From Paraspadella gotoi (lineage: Eukaryota; Animalia; Chaetognatha): a DNA stretch of 64,000 bases. Below, piece by piece: positions 1 through 12,100 of this stretch. The DNA is taken from NCBI GenBank assembly GCA_051294375.1, contig CM119269.1, positions 12,742,790 through 12,806,789 on the forward strand. Direction: 5' to 3'. Under the pieces are notes generated by a model. The model ran no database searches and was not told the origin of the DNA. It saw nothing but the letters and a program-made list of their open reading frames with translations. A program made the position numbers and the translations under genes. The number at the start of each line of letters is the position of its first letter. The stretch's first letter is position 1.

Positions 1-263
1 CGGACGAAGACAGAGAGAGACAGAGACAAAAAGAGACGAGTCACATATCTCTCTCTCTCTCTTGCCGATAAGAAAATCCGATAATATTTCGTCTCTTGCC
101 TCCGGAACGGTCGATTGCGATGGCTACTGTTTATGTGTGTGTGTCTCTCTCTCTATTCCAGCCAATGCCGCCGCACCGACTCTCTCGTTCCGCGATGGGA
201 CAGCTTTCCTGTCATCTGGAGGACATATGTCGTTTTCTCAGATCGCGTGTCGTAAGAAACGAG

Positions 264-298
<35 letters not shown>

Positions 299-627
299 AG
301 TCAGTGGCATTAGGGCAACTAAAAAATCAAGTGCCATCAACGGCATGACTTTTCTAAATATTAACAAACAAATGATTAAGTGCGGTTAGTGTACAAACCT
401 AAAATTACATACATAAAAATATGATACTGACAATAATACAATGATATTGGGAAAAAACAACGGCGACGACGGAAAAAACCACAACAATGACAACAGCAAC
501 GTTAATCTCAGGAGTCAGAGAGAAAAACAAAATCGCAACGATGACAAACGAAGATAACAACAACAACGACAAAGATCGTCTAGGGTCCGAGTCACTCGAC
601 CGCGACTTTTTTTTTTTGCTCTCGGCG

Positions 628-715
<88 letters not shown>

Positions 716-800
716 ATCCTTCCGTCACTCAATTCGTTTTCGATCTCTTTGTTTCTCTCTCTGTCTCTTTTCTTATGCCTCTCTATTCTCTCTCTCTCTC

Positions 801-865
<65 letters not shown>

Positions 866-868
866 TCT

Positions 869-899
<31 letters not shown>

Positions 900-2050
900 T
901 TTGAATTCGAATGATGCTACTAGTTAAACTGACATCACGCAAACGGTTTTTTTTGCTAACATTACGTCATATTTCGTTAAAATCTTTTGCTAAAAAAATC
1001 AGAAAAAAAAATCGATTTTGGAAATATTTCGTTTGTGGTCCAGTTGTTGTTGGCATTTGTTTGTTGGCTGTTGTTGTAGTTAAAACATAACAGACAACAA
1101 GCCGAGGAAATAACAAAGCCAATAGGTAATAAAAAATGGAGGTGACACTTACATTTACATTAATACCGCAGCGATGTATAATTTCTGGATCGTTTCGTCA
1201 TTTGAGAATCATGAAATTACTCGAGATAAAAAAAATGGCAACGATGACTTCGTTTTCGAAAAAGATAAAAAGACAAAAAGAAAAAAGACAAGTCGAGGCA
1301 AGTCTCCAATTGCTTCGTTGACTTGATATCTATGTTGACATGATTGAAAATGGGTTGGGGGAAGGGACGACCGCGCCCTCCTAATGATATGAATAAGATA
1401 TTTTTGATTTTAAATAATTGTATAGGAAAAATAATATCTAACAGACAATTAAAAAGAGACAAAATTGAAATAATTAAGACCGAAAACTTAAAATAGTAAA
1501 ACACGTAAATTAGTCATTATTATAGTTCGCTTACTCGGAAGCTCGGAAAGCGGAATTAAAAATAAAGAAGTCAACTTTTTTTAAATTTAAAAATGGCGTA
1601 AAAAAAGAAAGATAGAGAAGAAGATGAGGCTGAGTGAGATGACTTATTGACTGATCCGTCGTCGCTCGTTAAATTACAAAAAAATCACTAAGCGGCGCTG
1701 ATTCGATTTTCACTTTAATCTCACGATTCTTTCGGCTTCACTCCAGACTCCCACCTTCTCCCTTTTCACGGACGCGAAAGTTCCGAAGTTCAACGAGGAT
1801 TTTATATTCGCGAGATAACAACAACAACGACAGCGAAGAGGACAACGTCGACGATAGAAGGCGATAAAAAAATATTCTGTTCGCGCGTTAAGATAAACTG
1901 ACGATCGAATTGAAATCGCAACCTGAATTTCTCGTCGTGAAAAAAAAAGTAAACAAAGAAAAACAAAAGGGAAGCGTAGATCGTCTCGACGCGCAGATTA
2001 ATTGGCGCAAACTGAATCGTTTCGATTATAGCAAAAATACAAAGATAACA

Positions 2051-2147
<97 letters not shown>

Positions 2148-2381
2148 ATTACGCTCAATAACTGCCTAAAAAAAATTTTGGTCGAAAAAAAAATCAAAAC
2201 TTTGACGCCTTAATCGGTTTTTTTTGTTCAAAACGGAAATAAATTGGAAAATAAATCGAAAGAAAAGGAAAAGTAAAAAGATTTTAATGGCGACGCTGAT
2301 GTTTTTTCTTTTTTTTTTCTCTCTAAAGGTAAGTCGTGACGAAGTGGAAATTCGAGTAGGCATCCTCCTCCTCCTCCTCCT

Positions 2382-2479
<98 letters not shown>

Positions 2480-2606
2480 CTCCCGTCTCTCTCCTTCATT
2501 TCGATTCCCATTTTCGTGTCGTTAGAAAACGACGACGACATGTTTCCCTGGGTTCCCATAGTAATACACACACACAAACTCTCTCTCTCTCTCTCTCTTC
2601 TCTCTC

Positions 2607-2646
<40 letters not shown>

Positions 2647-3318
2647 GATGAAAGGATTTTTTGCCCACAAAGTATAATTACTGATATATAGAATGAAATA
2701 TATATATTCTAAGTTTTTTGGTAATTCGAGATCTTTAAGTTTAAACTAATAAAATTGAGTTAAGACTATAATTTCTTTCATATTTTTTCTTATTTTTCTT
2801 TGAATTTAATTTTCCGATAAAACCTTCAGAATTTTTTTTGCCCAAAAGAAAAAAAAAAAGAAAAGCAAACGGTTCAATAAAGTTTCAACATTAATTATGA
2901 TTTGAGGATTGTTTTTTCTTTGATTGAGTGTAAATATATTTTGTTATCCTTGACGATGAAACGAGTTTTGTCGAGAGCTGAATCCTAATGACATGAATCC
3001 ATATGACATATCTCTCCCGCTGCCGCTGTCGCAGCCTCTGCCGTAAAGGCCACATCGCTGCGAGCACTTACTTTCTATGGCGCAGCGCGAATTAAAGAGC
3101 GCGAGCAGAGAACGCGCGTGCATCTGCCCCTTGCCTCACCTGAAGAGTAAACTTACCTCTTTTTTTTTTCTTGTCACATTCAAAAGGAATCGATTGGCTG
3201 CGTACTCCTCCTCCTCTTCCTCCTCCATATCAACACCCTTTTACCGATCGCCTTTCCTCTCCTATTCTCAATCCTTCTCTCTGCAGGGAAGTCGCGAGTT
3301 TGAAACAATATCGATTGC

Positions 3319-3383
<65 letters not shown>

Positions 3384-3859
3384 TTCTCCGTAAACCATGC
3401 AATTTCTGAGCTAAAATAGTTGTCTCAAGACATTAACTCATAAATTTCGCTCAATGACCATTTAGCTTTTACTCTTTAGGTAAAAATAAATGAATCTAGA
3501 TAAGGATTAGGAATTTTATGCCAGATTCGAGTGCAGTCTATTTTTAAACAGAGATAAAGAGAGAAGGACAACGACTGGTATAATTTTAAAAAAGTATTAA
3601 ACATTAATTGTATGAAATGTTCGCAGCCATGAATGAAGTGGAAAGGTAAGAAGAAATTCGCACGTTGACAGCAGTGAGCGCGATTTCATTTACAAACATG
3701 TAATAATCGTACATATGTAACGTCAATTTTGTTTTCCGTTTTCTATGGGTTTTCATAATCCCCCAGTAAATTCGAAAATTACTATATTCTTTCGTGTTTC
3801 AACTTTTTAATTAACTTTTATTGCCTATGTATTATTTCGCACGAATTTGGAAGCCATCG

Positions 3860-3873
3860 GTTGCCATGGCGAC
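3860..3873. promoter_or_regulatory. RFX X-box (GTTGCCATGGCGAC) ~300 bp upstream of the CCDC177-like ATG, next to an inverted CCAAT box
   Basis: One mismatch to the palindromic X-box GTTGCCATGGCAAC; GATTGG at ~3886. Confidence 0.6.
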
Positions 3874-4171
3874 CTCTCTTACATCGATTGGGCCAGACCC
3901 AGAGTACCTAATGATTTTGCCGGTTCATTTCGAAATTCAAAAAAGAAATTGTAAATTGTTGTTAGAACAAGTTTCGACTTAACTTTATTCCAATATAACA
4001 AAATATAACAAAAATACTTTTTCTCTTCAGTAAGCATTCAAAAAACTTAATGATAGGAAAAATCGTCGAAGAATTAAAAATTAAACACATCAAAAAGACA
4101 AAATTATCTAACCACAAACTTCCCTATACAATGAATCTTCCATAACGAATAGCGTTCTACATTTTTCAACC

Positions 4172-4310
4172 ATGTCGGGCGACGTTCTGGCCGACGATTT
4201 CTTCAATTTGTCGGGTAAGTGAACGACATGATGACGACAACAACGACGCCGTTGATTTACCCTTACTTTCTTTAGGCGCGACTCACAATCACGTCCGCCG
4301 ATCAGCGCGC

Positions 4311-4341
<31 letters not shown>

Positions 4342-6095
4342 CGCCTCAAAGAATCACCTTGGAGAATTTCGATTCCGAAGACGCGGAGGGAAGCAGATAC
4401 GTGCTTACCAGCCCGAGGTGATTGCTTGCCTGGCTGTAGTGATTGATTGTTGTGCCGGGCATTGGAGAAGCTTATATTTCAATATCATTCAATCATTTTT
4501 TTAATTATTGAATTATTTTTTTATTTAATATTCAATGCCTTCATTCATTCATTCATTCGTTCATTCATTCATTCATTTAATTGTTAATTCATTTATTTAT
4601 TAATGTAATCTCTTATCATTTAAAATAATAATTCATTCATTCATTGCTTAATTTATTCATTCATTTTATTTATTAATTCATTAGTTTAAATTCCTTCATT
4701 TATTAATTAACTTATTTTTTAAATCATTTATTCGTTCATTCATTCTCTATTTCTTTCTTTTTTTCATTCATTCATTCATTCATTCATTCATTCATTCATT
4801 CATTCAGTCATTCATTCATACATTCATTCATTCATTCATTCATTCATTCATTCATTCATTCATTCATTCATTCATTCATTCAATTGTTCATCCATTTATT
4901 TATCAACCATTGCTTATTTTATTCATTCATTTTTTATTAATTCATCAGTTTAAATTCCTTCATTTATTCATTAACTTATTTTTTAAATCATTCATTCATT
5001 CATTCATTCATTCATTCATTCATTCATTCATTCATTCATTCCTTCTTCAGATCACTCGAGGCCTGCGCCGCAGTCGGAGTTCGACCAGTGGATTTACTTC
5101 CAAAGTCTTTGGAGGAATTCGAGTCGGAACTTTTGCCTCGAGGCGTCGAGCTCAGGACTATTAGGGATGAATTCGATCGGAGGGAGACGGAGAGACAAAG
5201 TGAGTGGGGAGAGGGAGGGAGAGAGAGAGAGAGAGGGAGACAGAGAGACCAACTTGGTGAATAGAGAGTGAGCTAAGATAGAGTTGGGTGACGATCTTTA
5301 ATTTTCAATTTCTCAGGGAACGTGATGGACGCGATGCGAGTTCGAGGAGATTTGATTCGAAATTCTCTAAACTCCTCTCTCGGCGGGAAAGGCAGATCCG
5401 GCGAATCGGGTAAGTCTCCACCTGAACTCAGCCAAAAATCTCTTAACTTACCCTCACTCTAAAAAGCAACGCCCTCTCTCCCCAGGGTTCTCATCGCGTC
5501 CTCCTCCGTCGCCGACGCATCGATCTCCGTTTCGTCCCGATAGAGGTCTCTCTTTCGACCCGCCACGCCCACCAAACTTTAACGAGCCACGCCCACTCGG
5601 AATTTCCGATTACTCTCGCTCTCCGATCTCGTCCAATCGAAGTCCGACTCCAACTCGATTCAACCGAAGTTCATCTCCGACGAATCGCGTCAGTTTCGGC
5701 GACGAAAACAACAACAACGACGACGACGACGACAGGTGAGTTAAATTTATTTTTTTTAATATTTCTACACTTTATTACTATTTTTCGTAGATTCACAGTA
5801 GATTGAAGACTGAAAAATACTTTTTTCCCCTTTTTCTCCCTTTTTATTTCGTTTTGTTATTTGGTTTTTATTTGTTTTATCTTGGCCGCCATTTTGCTTT
5901 GTTTTTTTTTTATGCCGCACGGATTCTATTTTTTTCTTTCTTTCCGCGTTTATCCATGGCATCTTTCCGTTTGGTATTTATTTTCTAAATCTTTTTCTTG
6001 TGTCGTGCTTTTGTTCCTCTTTTCCTTTTTCACGACTGAAAAAAATTATCGAACAAAATAAAATGACGACGACGACAAAAACCACAACGACAAAA

Positions 6096-6127
<32 letters not shown>

Positions 6128-9100
6128 TTCTCGCCCTTCCTGGCCGAAGCGCGGGCTCTAGTTCGAAAGAACAAAGAAATGACGAGAAAATTGGAAAAGA
6201 AAATCCGCGACACCAAAGGAGATAACAACAACAACAGCATCAGCGTCGACGAAGGGTTCGACTCCTCCGACACGGTTGACCTCGACTCCCCGGAATCGCC
6301 CGTCCGCGGTCGGGTCGGAAACAAATCGGCGCCGAAGAGACGGAATCCGCGAAAATCGACGCCGAAAAACCAGACGAATCCCGGCGTCGTTTCCAACCCT
6401 TATCTTCGTAAATTCTCCGTCGCCGCAGCAGCCCCGACGGCCCAGGAGCCGCCGCTGCAGGTCGGCGGAGTGGGCGTCGCCGGCGGACGAGCCTCTCCGG
6501 CGACTCCGGCGTCGCGAGCGAGGTCGGCTTCGCCCGACGCCGTGCGAGAACGAAGAAGCGGGCCAACGCCGTTTTTAGACAATGGGTGAGATATAATTGA
6601 CAGTTTTATTGATTTGATTGTATGACTGACAGCCTGACTGACACACTGTTGAATTGTTTGATTTATTTTCTTTCCCAACAGATCTCAAGATTCGACTTCC
6701 ACTCCGAGGCTTCCCAGGTTAGTTTGAACGGAAAAAACGACGAAATTTAATTTGAAAACCTTATAAACCTGTTCACAAACAACGATTTATAATAATAATG
6801 ATAATAAAATTACCTTTAACGTTCTAGAGAAAAAATCACAAAGTCCACGAATTTTAAAATCAAATTGAAAAAACCGTTAGTTATCTTTTCAATAAATAGT
6901 AAGAACAAATAAAAAAAAAGAAGCGTCAGGATTAAGAGAGTAAAGATTCAGGATTCATGAATCATGATTTTATTTTCGGCGTCTTGAAGTTGAACTATGC
7001 AAACTCCCCCGGGCCCCCAAAAAAAAAAAAATAACAAAAAAAGTAACTGAGTCGGTCTGACTTTCTTCCGCTGAGCAAAAACACCGAGTTATCATGAAAT
7101 ACTTATTCATGATAATAAAAAATAAAAAAGAAGAAATCAGCTTCGTCAGCATGACAACTTTTAAAACCTGTTCTGGTTCTTTTCGTCTTCTTTAAAAAAA
7201 AAGGACAAAACACAAAACAAAAAACACGAACGAATTCTTTTTCTTTCATTCTCATCGAATTCCTTCAATCAATTTCCTCTCGCTTCTCTGCAAACAATAA
7301 AAAAATGAATACCCATTGGTCATTGTTGTTTTTGTCTATCGGTTCCGCCATTGCAGCAATAGGCGGCACCAACATTAACATCTCCACCTGCCTTCCAATG
7401 CGTCAAACGCTGAAATGCGTCGACGCCACATCGTGGCGAATCAACGACGCAAAGATTAATTCCTCGTCGAAAGACTTTAACGTGACTGAAGACGGAGCGC
7501 TGGTCATCGCGGATCTACCGTACGCAGCTCGACAGGGCTCTTGCGCAGCCGTAGCCGTCGTTGGAGGTTCCTTGTGTAGCGAAACCGGGCTTTTTGAGTG
7601 GTCGTCGTGGAAAGTCTGCAACACACCATGTCCTCGGAGATATAAATGCGACGTTTCGAAAGCAAAGATCATTTCTACTCGCGCCATCAATGGAGAATTT
7701 ACCGGAACCATCTTTGTCCACTTTTCGTGTCCCCCGAATCGTCAATGTCGCGTCAGGGTTTACGATGCATACAATAATGGAATCGTAGACGAACGAATCT
7801 TCGCCTGCGAGCAACCTTGTCAAACATGTCGCGAATTGTGGGTCCTTCCGATTGAGCGTTCCTGGACAAGACGTGACTTGGCCTTTTACGTCGGCTTAGA
7901 CTTTGTTGACGAGGAGGTTGACGCGGAGATTTCCAGGATGTTCGGGTTCTCCGATTCGTTTCTTCCGCCTTCGCCTCCGGATTCGCCTCCGCCTCCGGAT
8001 TCGCCTCCGCCTCCGGATTCGCCTCCAAGTCAATCGCTTCCGCCGACACCCGTGATGCAACCGATCCCGCCTGCGACGACGCAATCGTATTCAATTGAAA
8101 TCGTCGTCGTTAGCATTATCGTAGTCCTCATCCTGCTAACCATTTGCGGGGCTTTTTGGAAGAAAAGGAGGCCATCCGATCCCGTGGTTAGAAGGACACC
8201 ACGAGTCGCGAACAAGCGACTTTATCTTTCTGATTCCGAGTACGCCTATCCCGAATTCTGGCCAAGCAACTGTAAACGAAAATGTAGTGATTCTGACGAA
8301 GTTTTTCCCCAATGCACACAGTTTTTGGCTACCACTGATCCGCCTAATTTGCCTGTTGAAGAAATGGATCTAGATTTGAGTGACGTTGAATCAGATCCAT
8401 TAACTGAAAACCCAGATGTACAAGCTATGGATAACTCTTCCTGCACAACTGAAATATCTCCTCATGACCTGGACGATGTTCCTTTGTCCAAACTATCAAA
8501 TCATCCATCAATGGATGTGGCTGATATTTCTCCACCCAAGATGCCTGATCCAATTGATACGAGCTCCCGGGTCAATGTTATTTCCATTCTGTTGTGTCCC
8601 GGGGCGACATGGATGAAAGCCGAGTTAACTTTAGAACAACAAACCAGCGTTGCTATGACAACGTTTAAAAAGCTCAAGTACGTTTTTAGCGGTACGGACA
8701 ACCTAGGTGTCATGGAAAAGCTCGTCGACGCTGGAGAAGCCATGAAGTTGGGATGCGGTCTCTATGTGGACACAGCGACCATCGCGTCGGCGATAGATGC
8801 ATTGCATGAGACGGAGAAGATGTTGACTCCAATTATCACACAATTTGGAGAGAGCGTCGTGGAAGAAGTCAAGCGGGGACGATATTCTAAGCGAATGATT
8901 TCAGATCTGTTGAAGGAACGACTTGGATTAATGGACAGTGACAGCAAAAGCAAAGAGTTATGTCATGCTATTATCCTCCATCTGAAACGAGAGGGTTTTT
9001 TCTATCCAGTGCCACAGTCTTGTATTTCCGCAAAAGTTGAACCAGCAGATAAATGGTATCAAATTCCTCACGTGTCAAAAGCTCCATTCATTCCCGACTT

Positions 9101-12100
9101 GTGGCAGTGCCAGACCGATCAATACCAGATTGGATACTTATATGAAACAAGCACACAAATTCCAGCTCATCTTTTGTCTTTGATTTCGATGTCCATAAAT
9201 AATTTCTGTCAATACCCAACCAGAATGGACTGGGAACACGGGCTCATGGCCAGGAGCGGAGCCTTGTCAGTGTATGTACAAAACTTTGATGAAAGAAATG
9301 ACGTTATTCACGGTGCCTATCACGTGAATGATTTTTCAAATGGCCTCCTCCTCGTCTGCCGAGGACCACAAGATCTCAAAGAAAGTGTTTCTTTGATGCT
9401 GCATAAGTTTGACGAACACATCTTGGGCTATCTGTCCTTGTGGAGTGAAACTAAAGTGAAGACACTTATTCCTTGTATTTCACAAACATCGACTGTGACT
9501 TCACACGGAACACGCGAAGATTCGGAGGAAAATTTGGTCTGTGACGCGTGTCAAAGGATTGAAAACATCTCTGAAATAGAAAAAGAGGAAAATGTTAAAA
9601 AAGGGGATCCCACGCCAATCGCTGAAAGTAAATCGTCGATAGTAGATCGAGGTTGCTTCGGCGAACGCACTGGCAGCAAGTCTTCAATCGATACTGGCTA
9701 TAAAAGTTTGGGGAGCGATCACGGCGCGCTGACATGGCCAAACTCAAGAACTTCCGAAGCCGCAACTGAATACTTGCAAAGTCAAGTTTTCAATAAATTT
9801 TGTCAAGCCACCGCCAGTATTGGAATTTGGAACGACAATGAAAACTGTTATTCTCATCATGGAACTGGATTTCTCTATGCGAAGAAAACCGATGATGAAA
9901 TTGAAATGATGACTTGCCTTCACGTGATATTTGGTATCGCGGAATTTCTGGGAATCGAGATTCCATCACATGTAACTTTAGATGAACTTAACGACTTGCT
10001 GGACAAATTATATGTTAAAATTACCTTCGACCATTTAGTTGAAGGTACTCCCGAGGAGCCCTGCAATGTGAATTTGTCATACAACGTGACTAGCGCCGTT
10101 GCTTATGGGTTGGTAGGAGAAACTGACCATGTTCTCTTGAAAGCCATTAAAGTTAGAGGCTCGGAGTTTATCCTGGAAGCCGAACCTCTGGCTGACTTGC
10201 TGATGGAGGATTCTTTCGATGAAAAATCTTCCTTCTTTCAAAGTCTTTTGATATTTGGTTTTGTAGACCGCAAAACAAAAGTTCACGACCATGCCACCTA
10301 TCGGGATTCCCTGGCAACTACCTGCGCCCTCAAACTCAAGCAGGATTTGGATTTGAAAGTCGTAGACATGAAGCCCGAAGTCAAGGAGCGTGTCTATCAA
10401 AATCTGGTCGAAACCAAGAGGTTTCATTATACTAACTGCGACTCTGGAAACGTCGCTGCCCACCAATTGGAGGATTGTGAACTTAAAAATGACGAGGACG
10501 ATGTGCGTTGCTATGAAACATTAAAGAATCATTTTAATCCCGAAGACAATTTGAGTCGCTCCGAGTGGGCAATGTTAACGGACCCCAGGAGGATGTTGCT
10601 CAAATCCAAATTTAGACATGGGGCTTCTGGAGCACCAATTGCTGTCAGCAAGTCCAAGAGAGGAAGATATCCCCGATATCCTCAAGTTCCGGACACAAGG
10701 ATTGATCTTGTGGTCGGCATGTACGTAAGGGGATTCCCAATTTCCGACAGGGTTGAGTTCCAGGTGGAACAGGGCGTTTGGATCACATACATCTTTGATG
10801 ATTGACTTTATTTTTCTGTTTTTAAGATTGACTCTATTTTTGTAAATAAAAATAGATCTATGTACTCAACTATTTTTGCTCGGTTTTTAAAAACATATGA
10901 TCTCTAGACTAAGGTAGTGGCATAACCTCAGAAGTTATTTTCAAATTGAAATCTATCTCGCTCTTTCTTCTCATGTATTATTTTTCAATATTTAATTTTG
11001 GTTCTTTCTATCTTTTGATCTTTTGTTTTATGTTTTGATCCATCGATCTCACTCTCAGCTGGCGACGCCGCCTCAACTCTCTCCCTCTGCTCAGCGAATC
11101 CCGCTTCTCCTCCCGCCAATTAAGTCATTGTCCCCGCAGCGATTTGAACCCCGTCGCCGCGTCAGACCGCCACGGCAGATCCGCGGAGCAGAGGCGCCAA
11201 TTGGATTCTATGCCTAGGTTAAACTGTCATCCTTTGGCCATATTTTTCAAAAGCTCCCCGTTGTCATTGCTGTTCAGAAATTATGGATTAGGTTTAGGGA
11301 TTGGTTTATCGATTTGGTTTAAGGTTTGTTTAAGATTAGAGGTTATGGTGAGGGATTAGAATTATGGATTAAATTTTGGGATTAGGTTAGGATAAAATAG
11401 AATTTAAAGATCTATGAAAAACGAAAGTTGTAATTGGCAATTAACTACGATTTTATTAATAATAAAAGTTGGACATGTTTCAACTCGTGCTTTTCGAGTC
11501 TTCATCAGCGTTGATGAACATGTCCGAATTTTATTGTTAATTGCCAATTAAAACTTTTGTTGACCTTAAATCAAAAATACAACAAAAAGAGAGAATGAAC
11601 ATAATTTAAAGATCCAAATTAAGTCCAGGGATTTATGGCAAAAAATAGAGCGCTTTTAGATAAATGTGACTAAGTTACTCCTTTTCCCCTGGTCTTCTCA
11701 CCTGACCACATTCTTAACCCCCCCCCACCAGATGGCGACGCAACGCCCTCCTTAATTCCCTTCCTTCCTCCCCATTTCACTCTCCTCCCGCCCCATGGGA
11801 AAACGACGACGAATATTTCGACGCTTCCTCCGCCTCCGCAGTGTCGACGCTGAGAAAGACGCATCCGCTGCCGCACGTCGCTTCCGCGGCGGAGCAGGAA
11901 TGGCGGCAGCGGAAGCGGGAAGGGTCTGCTAAGGCTGCTGCGGCGGAGGCGGCGGCGGCGCCCACGAGGTGGCGATATTAACCACGAATGTGAAGAAAAT
12001 AAAGAGAAAAAACTCACCGAATAATCACGAGCTTGAATCTTAACCTCGCTTTCTATATGTACATACATTGTACATACATGCAATATGTTATTCTAAAATA

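Noticed and set aside
487-3419. ORFs of poly-SL, poly-ER, poly-Y and poly-I (also at 21529, 23416, 33202, 52557, 59159, 60280, 62297)
   Set aside because: Translations of (CT)n, (AG)n, (AAT)n and (GAG)n microsatellites, not genes.
7305-10805. Bacterial contaminant or transposon ORF explanation for the intronless gene
   Set aside because: It has a eukaryotic signal peptide/TM and polyA signal, is embedded between phase-compatible host exons, and shows no RT, integrase or transposase motifs, TIRs or TSDs.
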